Below, in pieces: positions 9,719 through 21,870 of a stretch of DNA of 64,000 nucleotides (the stretch's first letter is position 1; each line of letters begins with the position of its first letter). This DNA is from an uncultured beta proteobacterium (GTDB lineage Bacteria > Pseudomonadota > Gammaproteobacteria > Burkholderiales > Burkholderiaceae_E). A program made the position numbers and the translations under genes. The notes beneath the pieces are model-generated. The model was given only the letters and a program-made list of their open reading frames with translations. It was not told where the DNA came from and did not search any database. Location: contig CAVOLL010000002.1 of NCBI GenBank assembly GCA_963696745.1, positions 844,171 through 908,170 on the forward strand, written 5' to 3'.

Positions 9719-12701
9719 ACGACACGCCGAGGCGACCGATCGGCCGGCGATCTGGTCACGCTCACCGTCAACGGCCGGTCGCAGCGCGCTGGCGCGTGCC
9801 GCCGGCGACGCGGCTGTCCGAGCGCGCTGCGCGACGGCGCTCGGGCTGACCGGCACCAAGATCGGCTGCAACGCAGGCGACTGCGGCGCCTGCACGGTGT
9901 TGCTCGACGGCGAGCAGGTGTGCGCCTGCCTGGTCGCGATCGGGCAGTGCGAGGGCCGCGAGGTGCGCACGGTCGAGGGACTCGCGGGTGACCAGGGGCT
10001 TTCGCGCGACCAGGCGCCGCCCGAGCGCGACGCGCCGGCACCGGCGCGCGCTCGTGCAGCAGGCCTTCGTCGCGCACGGCGCGGCGCAGTGCGGGATCTG
10101 CACGCCCGGCATGCTGATGGCGGCGGCCGACACGCTGCGAGCGCCACCCGCGGCCGACCGACGAGCAGGTGCTGCGACGGCATCGGCGGCGTGCTGTGCC
10201 GGTGCACCGGCTACCGAAGATCGTCGAGGCGGTGCTCGCGGCGCCGGGCGACGCGCCGATGGCCGCGCACGTCGAGCCGCGCGCCGGCGCGGCGGTCGGC
10301 GCGCGGCTGCCGCGCCTGGACGCCGCCGCCAAGGTCGACGGCAGCGAGCGCTTCGGCGCCGACGAGGCGCCGGCCGCAGGCGCTGTGGCTGCGCGTCGTT
10401 CGTTCGCCGTATCGCAGCGCGCGCGCTTCGAACTCGGCGACCTCGACGCGTTCGTCGCGCGCCAACCGGCCTGCGTCGGCGTGCGTCACCGCCGCCGACA
10501 TCCCGAACAACCGCTTCGCGATCTTTGCCGACCTGCGCGACCAGCCGGCGATCGCCGAACGGCTTCGTTCGCGCATGCGCGGAGAAGCGGTGCTGGTGCT
10601 GGTCGGTGCGCGCGACGCGCTCGAGGCGATCGATCCGGAGCAGGTGCCGATCCGCTGGCAACGAGACCGTCGCGTTGCGCGAGCCGGAGCAGTCGCTCGG
10701 CAGCGGGCGCGCGCGCGGTGCACGAGCGCTGGCCGGACAACGTCCTGTGCCGCGGGCGCGTGCGTCGCGGCGACGTCGACGCCGCGATCGCCGGCGCCGC
10801 CCACAGCGCGCGCACCGAACTGCGCACCGCCTACGTCGAGCATGCGTACATCGAGCCCGAGGCCGGGTGGGCGCAGTGGCAGCGGCGAAGCCGGCGCCGA
10901 GCGGCTGACGGTGTTCGCCTGCACGCAGACACCGTACCTGGACCGCGACGAGCTCGCCTGGATGTTCGGGCTCGACCCGGCGCGGGTGCGGATCGTGCCC
11001 GTCGGCGGTCGGCGGCGGCTTCGGCGGCAAGCTCGACCTCTCGATCCAGCCGCTGCTGGCTGCGGCGGCGCGCAAGTTCGGCGTGCCGGCGCGCATCGTC
11101 TACGACCGGCCGCGAGTCGATGGTCTCGACCACCAAGCGTCACCCGGCGCGATGCGGCGCGACGATCGCCGCCGACGCGACGGGGCAGCTGCTGGCGTAC
11201 GACTTCAGCGGCGACTTCAACACCGGCGCCTACGCGTCGTGGGGTCCGACGGTCGCCAACCGCGTGCCGATCCACGCCAGCGGTCCGTACCGCGTCGCCG
11301 AGCGTGCGCGCGCTCACGCGCGCGGTGCTCACCAACGACGCGATCTCGGGCGCGTTCCGCGGCTTCGGCGTGCCGCAGTCGACGCTGCGTCAACGAGGCG
11401 CTGATCGACGAGATCGCGCGGGCGCGTCGGCGAGGATCCGCTCGAGTTCCGCTACCGCAACGCGCTGCGCGCCGGCGACGTGACGGCCACCGGCCAGCGC
11501 CTGGAGGCGAGCGTCGGCCTGCAGGCCTGCCTGCGAGGCGCTGCGCCCGGCCTGGCGCGAGGCGCGCGAGCGCGCGCAGCGATTCAACGCGGACCCGCGA
11601 AGCAACGCGGACCCGCAAGGCGCGCGCGAGCGAGACGGCCGCTGCGCCGCGCCGTCCGATCCCCACGGCCAGCCGGTGCCGGCGCTCAGGCGCGGCGTCG
11701 GCGTCGCCTGCATGTGGTACGGCATCGGCAACACCGTGATCGCCAATCCGTCGTCGATGACGGTCGGCCTGCGCGCGAACGGGCGCTTCATGCTCTACAA
11801 CGGCGCGGTCGACATCGGGCAGGGCACCTACACGGTGATGCCGCAGATCGTGCGCCGACGCGCTGGGCGTGCCGGTGGCGCTGATCGACCAGATCACCGC
11901 CGACACCGACCTGACGCTCGACGCGGGCAAGAGCTCGGCGTCGCGGCAGACCTTCGTGTCGGGCAACGCCGCGCGCCTCGCCGGCGAGGACCTGCGGGCG
12001 AAGTTGCTGGCGCTGCTCGGTCTCGAGGGCACGCAACGAGGGCACGGCAACGATCACGGTGCGGGGCGCGACACTGGTGGCCGAGGCGGCGGAGCGGCCG
12101 CGGGCGCGCGCCGCGAAGTCGCGCTGGCGACGCTCGCCGCGGACGAACGCGGCGACGTCGCGGTGGGCTGCGGCTACTTCGATCCGCCCACCGTGGCGCT
12201 CGACGCGCGACGGACAGGGCGTGCCGTACGCGACCTACGGGTTCGCGGCGCAGTTCGCCGAGGTCGAGGTCGATCGCGACCTCGGCACCGTGCGCGTGCT
12301 GGCGATCCACGCGGCGCACGACGTCGGGCGCGCGGTCAATCCGACCCAGGTCGAAGGCCAGATCCACGGCGGGATCGCGCAGGGCCTCGGCCTCGCGCTG
12401 ATGGAGGAGTACCGCAGCGGGCGCACCGACAACCTGCACGACTACCTGATCCCGACCGCCGGCGACATGCCGGCGGTCGACCGTGCACCTGATCGAGGAT
12501 CCCGAGCCGCTCGGTCCCTACGGCGCGAAGGGGGTCGGCGAGCCGGCGCTGGTCGCGACCGCGCCGGCGATCCTCAACGCGATCCACGACGCGACCGGCG
12601 TGCGCGTCGCGCAGGTGCCGGCCACGCCGGACCGCCTGCGCGAGGCGATCCGCGCGCACGCGTCGGCCGATCGCGCTCGAAGCAGCGACGCAACGCGATG
12701 A
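9715..12701 (+). CDS. fused 2x[2Fe-2S] plus molybdopterin subunit, probable nicotinate dehydrogenase (many frameshifts)
   Basis: GTKIGCNAGDCGAC, QCGICTPG, LCRCTGY, VEHAYIEPEA, GGGFGGK, AFRGFG, VEGQIHGG, KGVGE; substrate inferred from hnr/ena context. Confidence 0.8.
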
Positions 12702-14284
12702 GCAACGAGGACTCCATGAACACGCCGCAGCGGCACGCGAACGATCTGGTCGAGGTCGCCAACGCGACGCCGCCTGCAGTGCCCGCGGCCGCGGCGCCCG
12801 AGCGCGCGAGCGCCAACAAGGTCGAGTGCAATGCCTGCCCGGTGCTGTGCCAGATCACCGAGGGCAGGAGCGGCGCCTGCGACCGCTATGCCAACGTCGC
12901 GGGCGAGCTGACCCGCGTCGACCCGGTGCTGCTGCTGCGTCGCACGCTGGCCGCGCCCGGCGGCGGCGAGCTGGTCTCGTTCGCCGCCACCCAGTCGCCG
13001 GGCGACGGCGAACTGGTCGGCGCCGAGGTGTTCGTGACCGGCGTCGGCGCCGGCACGACGTACCCCGACTACAAGCCGGCGCCGTTCATCGTCGTCGAGC
13101 GTGATCGACGGCGTCGACATGGTCACGGTCGTCACCGAAGGGCATCTTCAGCTACTGCAGTTTCCGCGTGAAGATCGACACCGATCGCTGGCTCGGACCG
13201 GAGCGCGCGTCGGTGCGCCACAAGGGCGAGGCGGTCGGGCACGTGACGACGCAGGAGTACGGCTCGCAGTTCCTCTCGCTCGGCGGCGTGCACCACCTCA
13301 CCGGCGGGAGCAAGCGCGAGGGTCGGATCAGCTGCGAGCTGATGATGGCGCTGGGCAACCGCGAGCAGGTCGAACTCGAGATCGAGGGCGGCGCGCAGGT
13401 CGCGGTGCAGGCCGGCACGCGCGCCGATCGTCAACGGCGTTCCCGAGCAGCGCATGCGCGTCGGTTGCGGCTCGGCGACGATCGGCATCTTCGCGCAGCA
13501 GTGGTACGGCGAGGTCGACGAGGTGGTGGTCGTCGACGACCACATCACCGGCGTGCTCACCGAGCACCAGGCGGGCAAGTGCCTGGGACATGGCGCCCTC
13601 CGGGCATCCGGATGCGCGGGCGCAAGTCCACGCCGGGGCGCTACTTCCAGGTGGCGCAGCCGGGCACCGGCTGGGGCGGCACCGACATCACCGACCCGCT
13701 CTCGATCATCGAGGCCTGGGATGCCAAGGTCGCGCGCCCCGGCCTGCGCCTGCTGATGGTCTCGACCACCGGCGACGACGCCGAGTACTACGTGCTCGAC
13801 GACGCGCTGGTGCCGGTGCGTGCGTCGATGCCCGACGCGGTGCGCGCGGTGGTCGAGCGGATCGGCGAGAACTGCGAGCCCTCGCTGCACTTCGGTGATG
13901 TTCGTCGCGGGCGCCGGCGGCAGCCTGCGCGCAGGCGTCACCGAGAACCCGGTGCGGCTGACCCGCTCGATCAAGGACCTGCTGGTCAACGTCAGTTGCG
14001 GCGGCGCGCCGGCCTACGTCTGGCCCGGCGGCGGGATCACCGTGATGGTCGACGTGATGCGGATGCCGCGCGCGAGTTTCGGCTGGGTGCCCACGCCGGC
14101 GATCGTCGCGCCGATCGAGTTCACGATGCGCATGTCCGACTACCGCGCGCTCGGCGGTCACGTCGCACGCGTGGTCTCACTGGGCGACGCGCTGCGCGCC
14201 GCGCGCCATCGCAGCGAAGCCTGGGATCCGGCCAATCGCTGGCCCGCCGAATTCGACCCGACCCGCCGGGGATTGGCGCCTTGA
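12698..14284 (+). CDS. hnr: 6-hydroxynicotinate reductase (frameshifted)
   Basis: CNACPVLCQITEGRSGACDRYAN, GAGTTYPDYKPAPFIV, KIDTDR, EYGSQFLSLGGVHHLTGGS, RMRVGCGSATIGIF, GAGGSLRAGVTENPV, WPGGGIT. Confidence 0.85.
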
Positions 14285-15168
14285 GCGCGACGCGCGCCAC
14301 GCTGGCCCCCGGGCGCTGGCACTTCCAGCACGGGCCGATCGACCTCGTGATCGGCGCCGACGGCGACCCGGAAGCGGTCGGCGCGGCGCTCGATTCGGCC
14401 TGGAGCCGTTTCGGGCAGGTGCTGCCCGAGCTGGTCGCAGAGCTCGCCGGGCTGCGCGCACCGGTGGCGAGGGCGTGCGCGCTGCGCGGCACGATCGCCA
14501 GGCGCATGTGGCAGGCCTGCGAGCCGTTCGCGCGCACGCAATTCGTCACGCCGATGGCGGCGGTCGCCGGCAGCGTCGCGCAGGAGATCGTCGCGTGTTT
14601 CGAGCGCCGCGGCGTGTCGCGCGCCTGGGTCAACAACGGCGGGGACATCGCGCTGCACCTCGCCCCGGGCCAGACGCTGCGCGTGGCGGTGTGCTCCGAT
14701 CCGCGGCTGCGCGACGCGCGCGCGATCGCCGCCGACAGCACGATCGTCGCCGCGACCGACCCGGTGCGCGGAATCGCCACCAGCGGCTGGCGCGGACGCA
14801 GCCTGTCGCTCGGAATCGCCGACGCGGTCACCGTGCTGGCGTCGAGCGCTGCGCGCGCCGACGCCGCGGCGACCATCGTCGCCAACGCGGTCGACGTCGA
14901 TCACCCGGCGATCCGCCGGCTGCCGGCGAGCCGGGTCCGCGACGACTCCGACCTCGAACACCGCGCGGTCACGGTCGAGGTCGGGCGCCTGCCCGAGGCG
15001 AGCGTCGAGCTCGCGCTCGGGAACGGCGCGCGCTGCGCGAGCGCGCTCGTCGAACGCGGCCTGATCGTCGAGGCGATGTTGTCGCTGCAGGGTCGATCGC
15101 GTATCGTCACACCGGACTCGCCGCGGCCGCGCGCGAGGCAATTCAAACAACCGGCATTGCAGTCATGA
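14281..15168 (+). CDS. UPF0280 family (ApbE-like) protein
   Basis: HFQHGPIDL, TPMAAVAGSVA, WVNNGGDIA, GIATSGWRGRSLSLGIADAVTV, ADAAAT; TTG start overlaps the hnr stop. Confidence 0.85.
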   Translation: MSATRATLAPGRWHFQHGPIDLVIGADGDPEAVGAALDSAWSRFGQVLPELVAELAGLRAPVARACALRGTIARRMWQACEPFARTQFVTPMAAVAGSVAQEIVACFERRGVSRAWVNNGGDIALHLAPGQTLRVAVCSDPRLRDARAIAADSTIVAATDPVRGIATSGWRGRSLSLGIADAVTVLASSAARADAAATIVANAVDVDHPAIRRLPASRVRDDSDLEHRAVTVEVGRLPEASVELALGNGARCASALVERGLIVEAMLSLQGRSRIVTPDSPRPRARQFKQPALQS

Positions 15169-15752
15169 AGGCAGTCATTCGCAAGCTCGTCGTGAGCGTC
15201 GAGGAAACCCACCGCGAGATCGGGCGCGAAGTTTCGCCGCCCACGCGCAAGGCGCTCGCGATCGCGGTGATCGCCAATCCCTTCGCCGGGCGCTACGTCG
15301 AGTCGCTCGACGAGTTGATCGCGATCGGCGAGGAACTCGGCGAACTGCTCGGCCAGCGCTGCGTGCAGGCGCTCGGGCATCGAGCCGGCGGCAGGCGCAG
15401 AGCTACGGCAAGGCGGCGATCGTCGGCGAAGCGGGCGAACTCGAACACGCCGCGGCGATCCTGCACCCGAAGCTCGGCGCGCCGTTGCGCAAGGCGGTGG
15501 GCAAGGGCGCGGCGCTGGTCCCGTCGGCCAAGAAGATGGGCGCGGCCGGGCACGCCGATCGACGTGCCGCTGGGACACAAGGACGCGGCCTTCGTGCGCA
15601 GCCACTTCGACGCGATCGAGGCGCGCGTGGCCGACGCGCCGCGCGCCGACGAGATCGTCGTCGCGGTCGCGGTCACCGACAGCGGCCGGCCGTTGCCGCG
15701 CGTGGGCGGACTGCACAAGAGCGAGGTCAAGGGCGAAGACGGGCTGCGTTGA
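15165..15752 (+). CDS. DUF1185 ('amino acid synthesis' family) protein (frameshifted)
   Basis: AVIANPFAGRYV, SYGKAAIVG.AGELEHAAAILHP, DVPLGHKDAAFVRSHFD, DAPRADEI, GRPLPRVGG. Confidence 0.85.
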   Translation: MKAVIRKLVVSVEETHREIGREVSPPTRKALAIAVIANPFAGRYVESLDELIAIGEELGELLGQRCVQALGHRAGGRRRATARRRSSAKRANSNTPRRSCTRSSARRCARRWARARRWSRRPRRWARPGTPIDVPLGHKDAAFVRSHFDAIEARVADAPRADEIVVAVAVTDSGRPLPRVGGLHKSEVKGEDGLR

Positions 15753-15845
15753 AGCGCGCTGCACGCGCTGCCTTTGTCGAGGAGTGTTCGACAATTCGTT
15801 TCACGGATTGTCTGGCAGATCGTTAAACAACAGGGGGAGAGTTCG

Positions 15846-17047
15846 ATGAAGAAATGGACGGCAGCCGCGGCGATCGCCGCGACCGCGTTCGCGTCGATGG
15901 CATCGGCGCAGACGATCAAGATCGGCGAGCTCAACAGCTACAAGGCCTTGCCGGCCTTCCTCGAGCCGTACAAGAAGGGCAGGGAGCTCGCGGTCGAGGA
16001 GATCAATGCCGCCGGCGGCATGCTCGGGCGCAAGCTCGAGGTGATCTCGCGCGACGACAACGGCAATCCGGGCGACGCGGTGCGCGTCGCCGAGGAACTG
16101 GTCTCGCGCGAGAAGGTCGACCTGATGCTGATCGGCACCTTCCTGTCGCACATCGGCCTCGCGGTGACCGACTTCGCCAAGCAGCAGCAAGGTCGTTCTT
16201 CCTCGCCGCCGAGCCGCTGACCGACAAGATCATCTGGCAGAAGGGCAACCGCTACACCTTCCGCCTGCGCCCGTCGACCTACATGCAGGTGGCGATGCTG
16301 GTGCCCGAGGCGGCCAAGCTGCAAGAAGAAGCGCTGGGCGGTCGTCTACCCGAACTACGAGTACGGCCAGTCGGCGGCCGCGACCTTCAAGGCAGCTGCT
16401 GAAGGCCGCGCAGCCCGACGTCGAGTTCGTCGCCGAGCAGGCGCCGCCGCTGGGCAAGATCGACGCCGGCGCGGTGGCGCAGGCGCTGGCCGACGCCAAG
16501 CCGGACGCGATCTTCAACGTGCTGTTCGGCGCCGACCTGCCGAAGTTCGTGCGCGAGGGCAAGACGCGCGGCCTGTTCAAGGACCGCACGGTGTTCATCC
16601 TGCTGCTCGGGCGAGCCCGAGTACCTCGATCCGCTCAAGGACGAGGCGCCGGACGGCTGGTCGTCACCGGCTATCCCGTGGAACGCGATCAAGACGCCCG
16701 AGCACAAGAAGTTCCTCGCCGCCTACCAGAGCAAGTACAACGACTATCCGCGCCTCGGCTCGGTCGTCGGCTACGCGTCGATCGATGTCGCTGGCCGCCG
16801 GCGATCAGGAAGGCCGGCAGCACCGACACCGAGAAGCTGATCGCCGCGTTCACGCGGCCTGCAGGTCGACACGCCGTTCGGCAAGATCACCTATCGCGCG
16901 CAGGACCACCAGTCGACGATGGGCGCCTACGTCGGCACGATCGCGCTCGAGAAGGGCAAGGGCGTGATGGTCGACTTCCGCTATGTCGACGGCGCCACGG
17001 TCCTGCCTTCGGACGACGAGGTCAGGAAGCTGCGCCCGGCCAACTGA
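15846..17047 (+). CDS. Liv-type ABC transporter substrate-binding protein (frameshifted)
   Basis: Signal peptide MKKWTAAAAIAATAFASMASAQ, IKIGELNSY, EEINAAGGMLGRKLEVISRDD, YTFRLRPSTYMQ. Confidence 0.88.
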
Positions 17048-17074
17048 GCCGGAGCGCGCGCTGCCTGCCGTGAA

Positions 17075-17098
17075 ACGCGCCCCGCATGCGGGGCGCGT
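17075..17098. other. perfect 24-bp palindrome (stem-loop) after the binding-protein gene
   Basis: ACGCGCCCCGCATGCGGGGCGCGT; the position is typical of mRNA-stabilising hairpins in ABC operons (function inferred). Confidence 0.6.
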
Positions 17099-17175
17099 GG
17101 CGGCGGAGCGCGCGCCGCGCGATTCGCTCGGTAGCCGCGGGCGCCCGGGCGACAACGAACGGATCACTCCAGCAC

Positions 17176-19099
17176 ATGGTTTCGGGCCTCGCGGTCCAGC
17201 TGCTCAACGGGCTGGCCGGCGCGTCGTCGCTGTTCCTGGTCGCGGCCGGGCTGTCGCTGATCTTCGGCGTCACGCGCATCGTCAACTTCGCGCACGGCTC
17301 GTTCTACATGCTCGGGCCTGTACGTCGCCTACACGCTGGTCGAGCGCGTTCGGCGCCGGCGTGCTCGGCTTCTGGGGCGCGGTGCTGCTCGCCGCGCTCG
17401 CGGTCGCGGTGCTCGGCGCGCTGGTCGAGTTCGCTGCTGCTGCGCCGCATCTACCACGCGCCCGAGCTGTTCCAGCTGCTCGCCACCTTCGCGCTGGTGC
17501 TGATCATCAGCGACGCGGCGCTGTGGCTGTGGGGCCCCGAGGACCTGCTCGGGCCGCGCGCGCCGGGCCTGAAGGGCGCGGTGCAGATCCTCGGCCGCGC
17601 GTTTTCCCACCTACGACCTGTTCCTGATCGTCGTCGGCCCGGTCGTGCTCGGCCTGCTCTGGCTGCTGCTGCGGCGCACGCGCTGGGGCACGCTGGTGCG
17701 CGCGGCGACCCAGGACCGCGAGATGGTCGGCGCGCTCGGCGTCAACCAGGCCTGGCTGTTCACCGGCGTGTTCGCGCTCGGCTCGGTGCTCGCCGGCGCT
17801 CGGCGGCGCGCTGCAGCTGCCGCGCGAGCCGGCCAACCTGCGCGCTCGACCTGCACAACGATCGGCGACGCCTTCGTCGTGGTCGTGGTCGGCGGCATGG
17901 GCAGCATCCCGGGCGCCTACCTCGCCGCGCTGATCATCGCCGAGATCAAGGCGATCTGCATCGGCATCGGCACGGTCGACGCTGTTCGGCGCTCCGTTCT
18001 CGTTCTCCAAGCTCACGCTGGTGGTCGAGTTCCTGGTCATGGCGGTCGTGCTGATCTGGCGCCCATGGGGCCTGCTGGGCCAGCCGCAGGGCGCGGTGCG
18101 CAGCAGCGCCGCGATCGACACGCCGCTGCGCCCGCTGGGCGCGCCGGCGCGACGCGCGCTGTTCGCGCTGGCCGCCGTGCTGCTGCTGGTGCCGCTGGCT
18201 GGGCGAAGCCTTCACCGCTACGCGCCGGTCCTGCTGATCGACATCCTGATCGCGGTGCTGTTCGCGGCCAGCCTGCACTTCATCATGGGCCCGGGCGGCA
18301 TGCACTCGTTCGGCCACGCCGCCTATTTCGGCCTCGGCGCCTACGGCGCGGCGCTGCTTGCTCACGCGGCTGGCGCTGCCGATGGAGCTCGCGCTGTTGC
18401 TCGCGCCGCTGGTCGCGCTCGCCGGCGCGCTGCTGTTCGGCTGGTTCGCGTGCGGCTGTCGGGCGTGTACCTGGCGATGCTGACGCTGGCCTTCGCGCAG
18501 ATCGTCTGGTCGGTCGTGTTCCAGTGGGACGAGTTCACCGGCGGCAGCAACGGCCTGATCGGCGTCTGGCCGTCGGAGCGCTTCGCTTCGACAAGACCGC
18601 GTACTTCTACCTGACGCTGGCGCTGGTCGGCGGCGGCGTGCTGGCTGCTGCGGCGCATCCTGTTCTCGCCGTTCGGCTACGCGATGCGCGCCGGCCGCGA
18701 TTCGCCGCTGCGCGCCGAGGCCATCGGCATCGACGTCGCGCGCGTGCACTGGCTCGGCTTCGCGATCGCCGGCACTGTTCTGCGGCGCTCGCCGGCGCGC
18801 TGTTCGCGTTCTCCAAGGGCACGCATCTCGCCCGAAGCATCTGCACGTCGGCACGCTCGATCGACGGGCTGGTGATGGTGCTGCTCGGCGGCGTGCAGAC
18901 GCTCGCCGGACCGGTCGTCGGCGCCGCCGCCTTCACCTGGCTGCAGGACACGATCGTCCGCGCAGACCGAGTACTGGCGCGCGCTGCTCGGCGCGATCGA
19001 TCCTGTTGCTGGTGCTGGTGTTCCCGCAGGGCATCGCGGCGGGGCTGATGCTCGCTGCGCGCATCGGCGCGCTGCGACATGCGCGGGCGCGCACGATGA
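17176..19099 (+). CDS. fused LivH-LivM type ABC permease (frameshifted; end approximate)
   Basis: GLSLIFGVTRIVNFAHG; the LivH C-terminus VLIWRPWGLLG continues in one frame (18021-18614) into LivM SFGHAAYFGLGAY. Confidence 0.82.
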
Positions 19100-19901
19100 G
19101 CGCGGGCCAGGCCGGCGGTGCACGGCGAGGCCTTGCTGTCGGTCAGCGGGTCTGCGCAAGTCGTTCGGCGGCGTGCAGGCCGTCGACGGCGTGGGCTTCG
19201 CGCTCGCGCCGCGGCGAACTGCTGGCGCTGATCGGCCCCAACGGCGCCGGCAAGTCGACCTGCTTCAACATGATCAACGGCCAGCTCGCGCCCGACGCCG
19301 GGCGCGATCCTGTTCGACGGTCGCAGACCTCGCCGGCCTGCAAGCCGCGCGACGATCTGGCGGCTGGGCGTCGGGCGCACCTTCCAGATCGCCGCGACCT
19401 TCGGCTCGATGACGGTGCGCGAGAACGTGCAGATGGCGCTGCTCTCGCACCGGCGGCAGTTGCTCAGCATGCTGGCCGCACGCCGCGCGCGATGCACCGC
19501 GACGAGGCGCTCGCGCTGCTCGCGCAGGTCGGCATCGCCGAGCGCGCCGACGAGCCCTGCGCGATGCTCGCCTACGGCGACGTCAAGCGGTCGAACTCGC
19601 GATCGCGCTCGCCAACGAGCCGACGCTGCTGCTGATGGACGAGCCGACCGCCGGCATGGCGCCGCGCGAGCGCAACGACCTGATGGCGCTGACCGCGCGA
19701 ACTGGTGCGCGAGCGCGGCATCGCGCGTGCTGTTCACCGAGCACAGCATGGACGTCGTGTTCGCGCATGCCGACCGCATCATCGTGCTGGCGCGCGGCGA
19801 GCTGATCGCCGACGGCACGCCGCACGAGATCCGCGACGACCCGCAGGTCGCGGGAGGTCTACTTCGGCAGCGGGAAGACTGGTCGCGAGGCGCCGGCATG
19901 A
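19096..19901 (+). CDS. LivG-type ABC ATP-binding protein (frameshifted)
   Basis: IGPNGAGKST, GRTFQI, LMDEPTAG, LFTEHSMDVVF. Confidence 0.85.
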
Positions 19902-20625
19902 GCTGACACCGATCGCTCGCAGGTCGACCGGCTCATCGCCTGCTACGGTCGCGCGCAGATCCTGTTCGACGTCGAGCCTCGAGGTGCGGCCGGGCGAAGT
20001 GGTCGCGCTGATGGGCCGCAACGGCGCCGGCAAGTCGACCACGATCCGAAGTCGATCATGGGGCTGGTCGACGAACCGCCGCGGCACCGTGCGCTTCGAC
20101 GGGCGCGACGTCACGCGGCTGGAGCCCTACCGGATCGCCCGGCTCGGGCATGGGCTACGTGCCCGAGGATCGGCGCATCTTCACCGACCTGACGCGTGCT
20201 CGAGAACCTCGAGGTCGGCCGTCAGCCGCCGCGCGACCGACGCGCCGGCAGCTGGACGCGTGGACAAGCTGTTCGACCTGTTTCCCAACCTGCGCGAGAT
20301 GCCCGACCGCCCGGCGGGCGCATGAGCGGCGGCGAGCAGCAGATGCTCACGGTGGCGCGCACGCTGATGGGCAATCCCCGGCTGGTGCTGCTCGACGAGC
20401 CCTCCGAGGGCGTCGCGCCGGTGATCGTCGAGCAGATGGCGCAGATGATCCCCGAGCTGAAGAGCGCAGGGCCTGAGCGTGCTGCTGTCCGAGCAGAACC
20501 TGCACTTCGCCGCCGCGGTCAGCGACCGCGTCTACGTGCTGGAGAAGGGCCAGGTGCGATTCGAGGGTTCGATGGAGCAGCTCGCCGGGGACGAGGACGT
20601 CAGGCGACAGTACCTGACGATCTAG
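19898..20625 (+). CDS. LivF-type ABC ATP-binding protein (frameshifted)
   Basis: GRNGAGKSTT, GYVPEDRRIF, MSGGEQQML, LLDEPSEG, LSEQN. Confidence 0.85.
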
Positions 20626-20656
20626 TGCGAAAACGACCGACTGGAGGTAACGAGAG

Positions 20657-21870
20657 ATGGTAGTGAGTGCAGCGGGCGAATCGTCCGGCAAGGTGGTGAT
20701 CCGCAACATCGGGCTGATGCTCTCGGGCGACATCGACCGCACCGATCCTCGACGCCGACACCGTGGTGATCGACGACGGCATGATCGTCGCGCGTCGGGC
20801 AAGCGAGAAGGATTGCGACATCGAGCGACGCGCGCACGCGTGATCGACTGTCGCGGCACCGCGATCGCGCCCGGGCTGATCGACTCGCACGTGCATCCGG
20901 TGTTCGGCGACTGGACCCCGCGGCAGAACCAGCTCGGCTGGATCGAGTCGTGCTTGCACGGCGGCGTCACGACGATGATCTCGGCGGGCGAGGTGCACCT
21001 GCCCGGCCGGCCGAAGGACATCGTCGGCGTCAAGGCGCTCGCGATCACCGCGCAGCGTGCGTTCGAAGGCATGCGCGCCGCCGGCGTCGGCGGCGGCGTC
21101 AAGGTGCTCGCCGGCGCGCCGGTGATCGAGCAGGGCATGGTCGAGCAGCGACTTCGCCGAGATGGCCGCGGCCGGCGTCACGCTGCTCGGCGAGATCGGG
21201 CTCGGCTCGGTCAAGGCCGGCGACGAGGCGGCGCAGATGGTCGGCTGGGCGCGCAAGCACGGCATGCAGAGCACGATCCACACCGGCGGACCGTCGATCC
21301 CGGGTTCGGGGCTGATCGACGAGCAGGTGGTGCTCGAGGCCGACGCCGACGTGATCGGCCACGTCAACGGCGGCCACACCTCGCTGTCGTACAAGGCGGT
21401 GTGCACGCTGTGCGAGCAGCAGTTCGCGCGCGCTGGAGATCGTGCACAACGGCAACGAGCGCATCGCGATCCTCACGGCGAAACACGCGATCGAACTGAA
21501 GTGCCCGCATCGGGTGATCCTCGGCACCGACGCGCCGGCCGGCTCGGGCGTGCAGCCGCTCGGCATCCTGCGCCTGATCGCGCTGATCTCGAGCCTCGCC
21601 GACATTCCGGCCGAGATCGTGTTCGGCTTCGCCACCGGCAACACCGCGCGGATGCGCACGCCTGCGCACAGGGGCTGATCGAGGTCGGACGGCCGGCGGA
21701 CTTCGTCGTTCCTCGATCGCGCGCAGCACTCGGCCGGACGCGACCTGCTCGAGAGCGTGCGCCTCGGCGACATCCCCGGCGTCGGCATGGTCATGATCGA
21801 CGGCGTCGTGCGCTGCCAGCGCAGCCGCAACACGCCGCCGGCGACCGAGGTTCCGGCGATCGTGCGGTGA
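20657..21870 (+). CDS. ena: enamidase (amidohydrolase of nicotinate catabolism; frameshifted)
   Basis: PGLIDSHVHPVFGDWTPRQNQLGWI, SAGEVHLPGRPKD, IHTGGPSIPGSG, GHVNGGHT, VHNGN, GTDAPAGSGVQPLG. Confidence 0.85.

Noticed and set aside
15774-15794. Inverted repeat TTGTCGA-N7-TCGACAA upstream of the binding-protein gene as a second TetR operator
   Set aside because: No sequence similarity to the 8714-8734 palindrome; could equally be an RNA hairpin.
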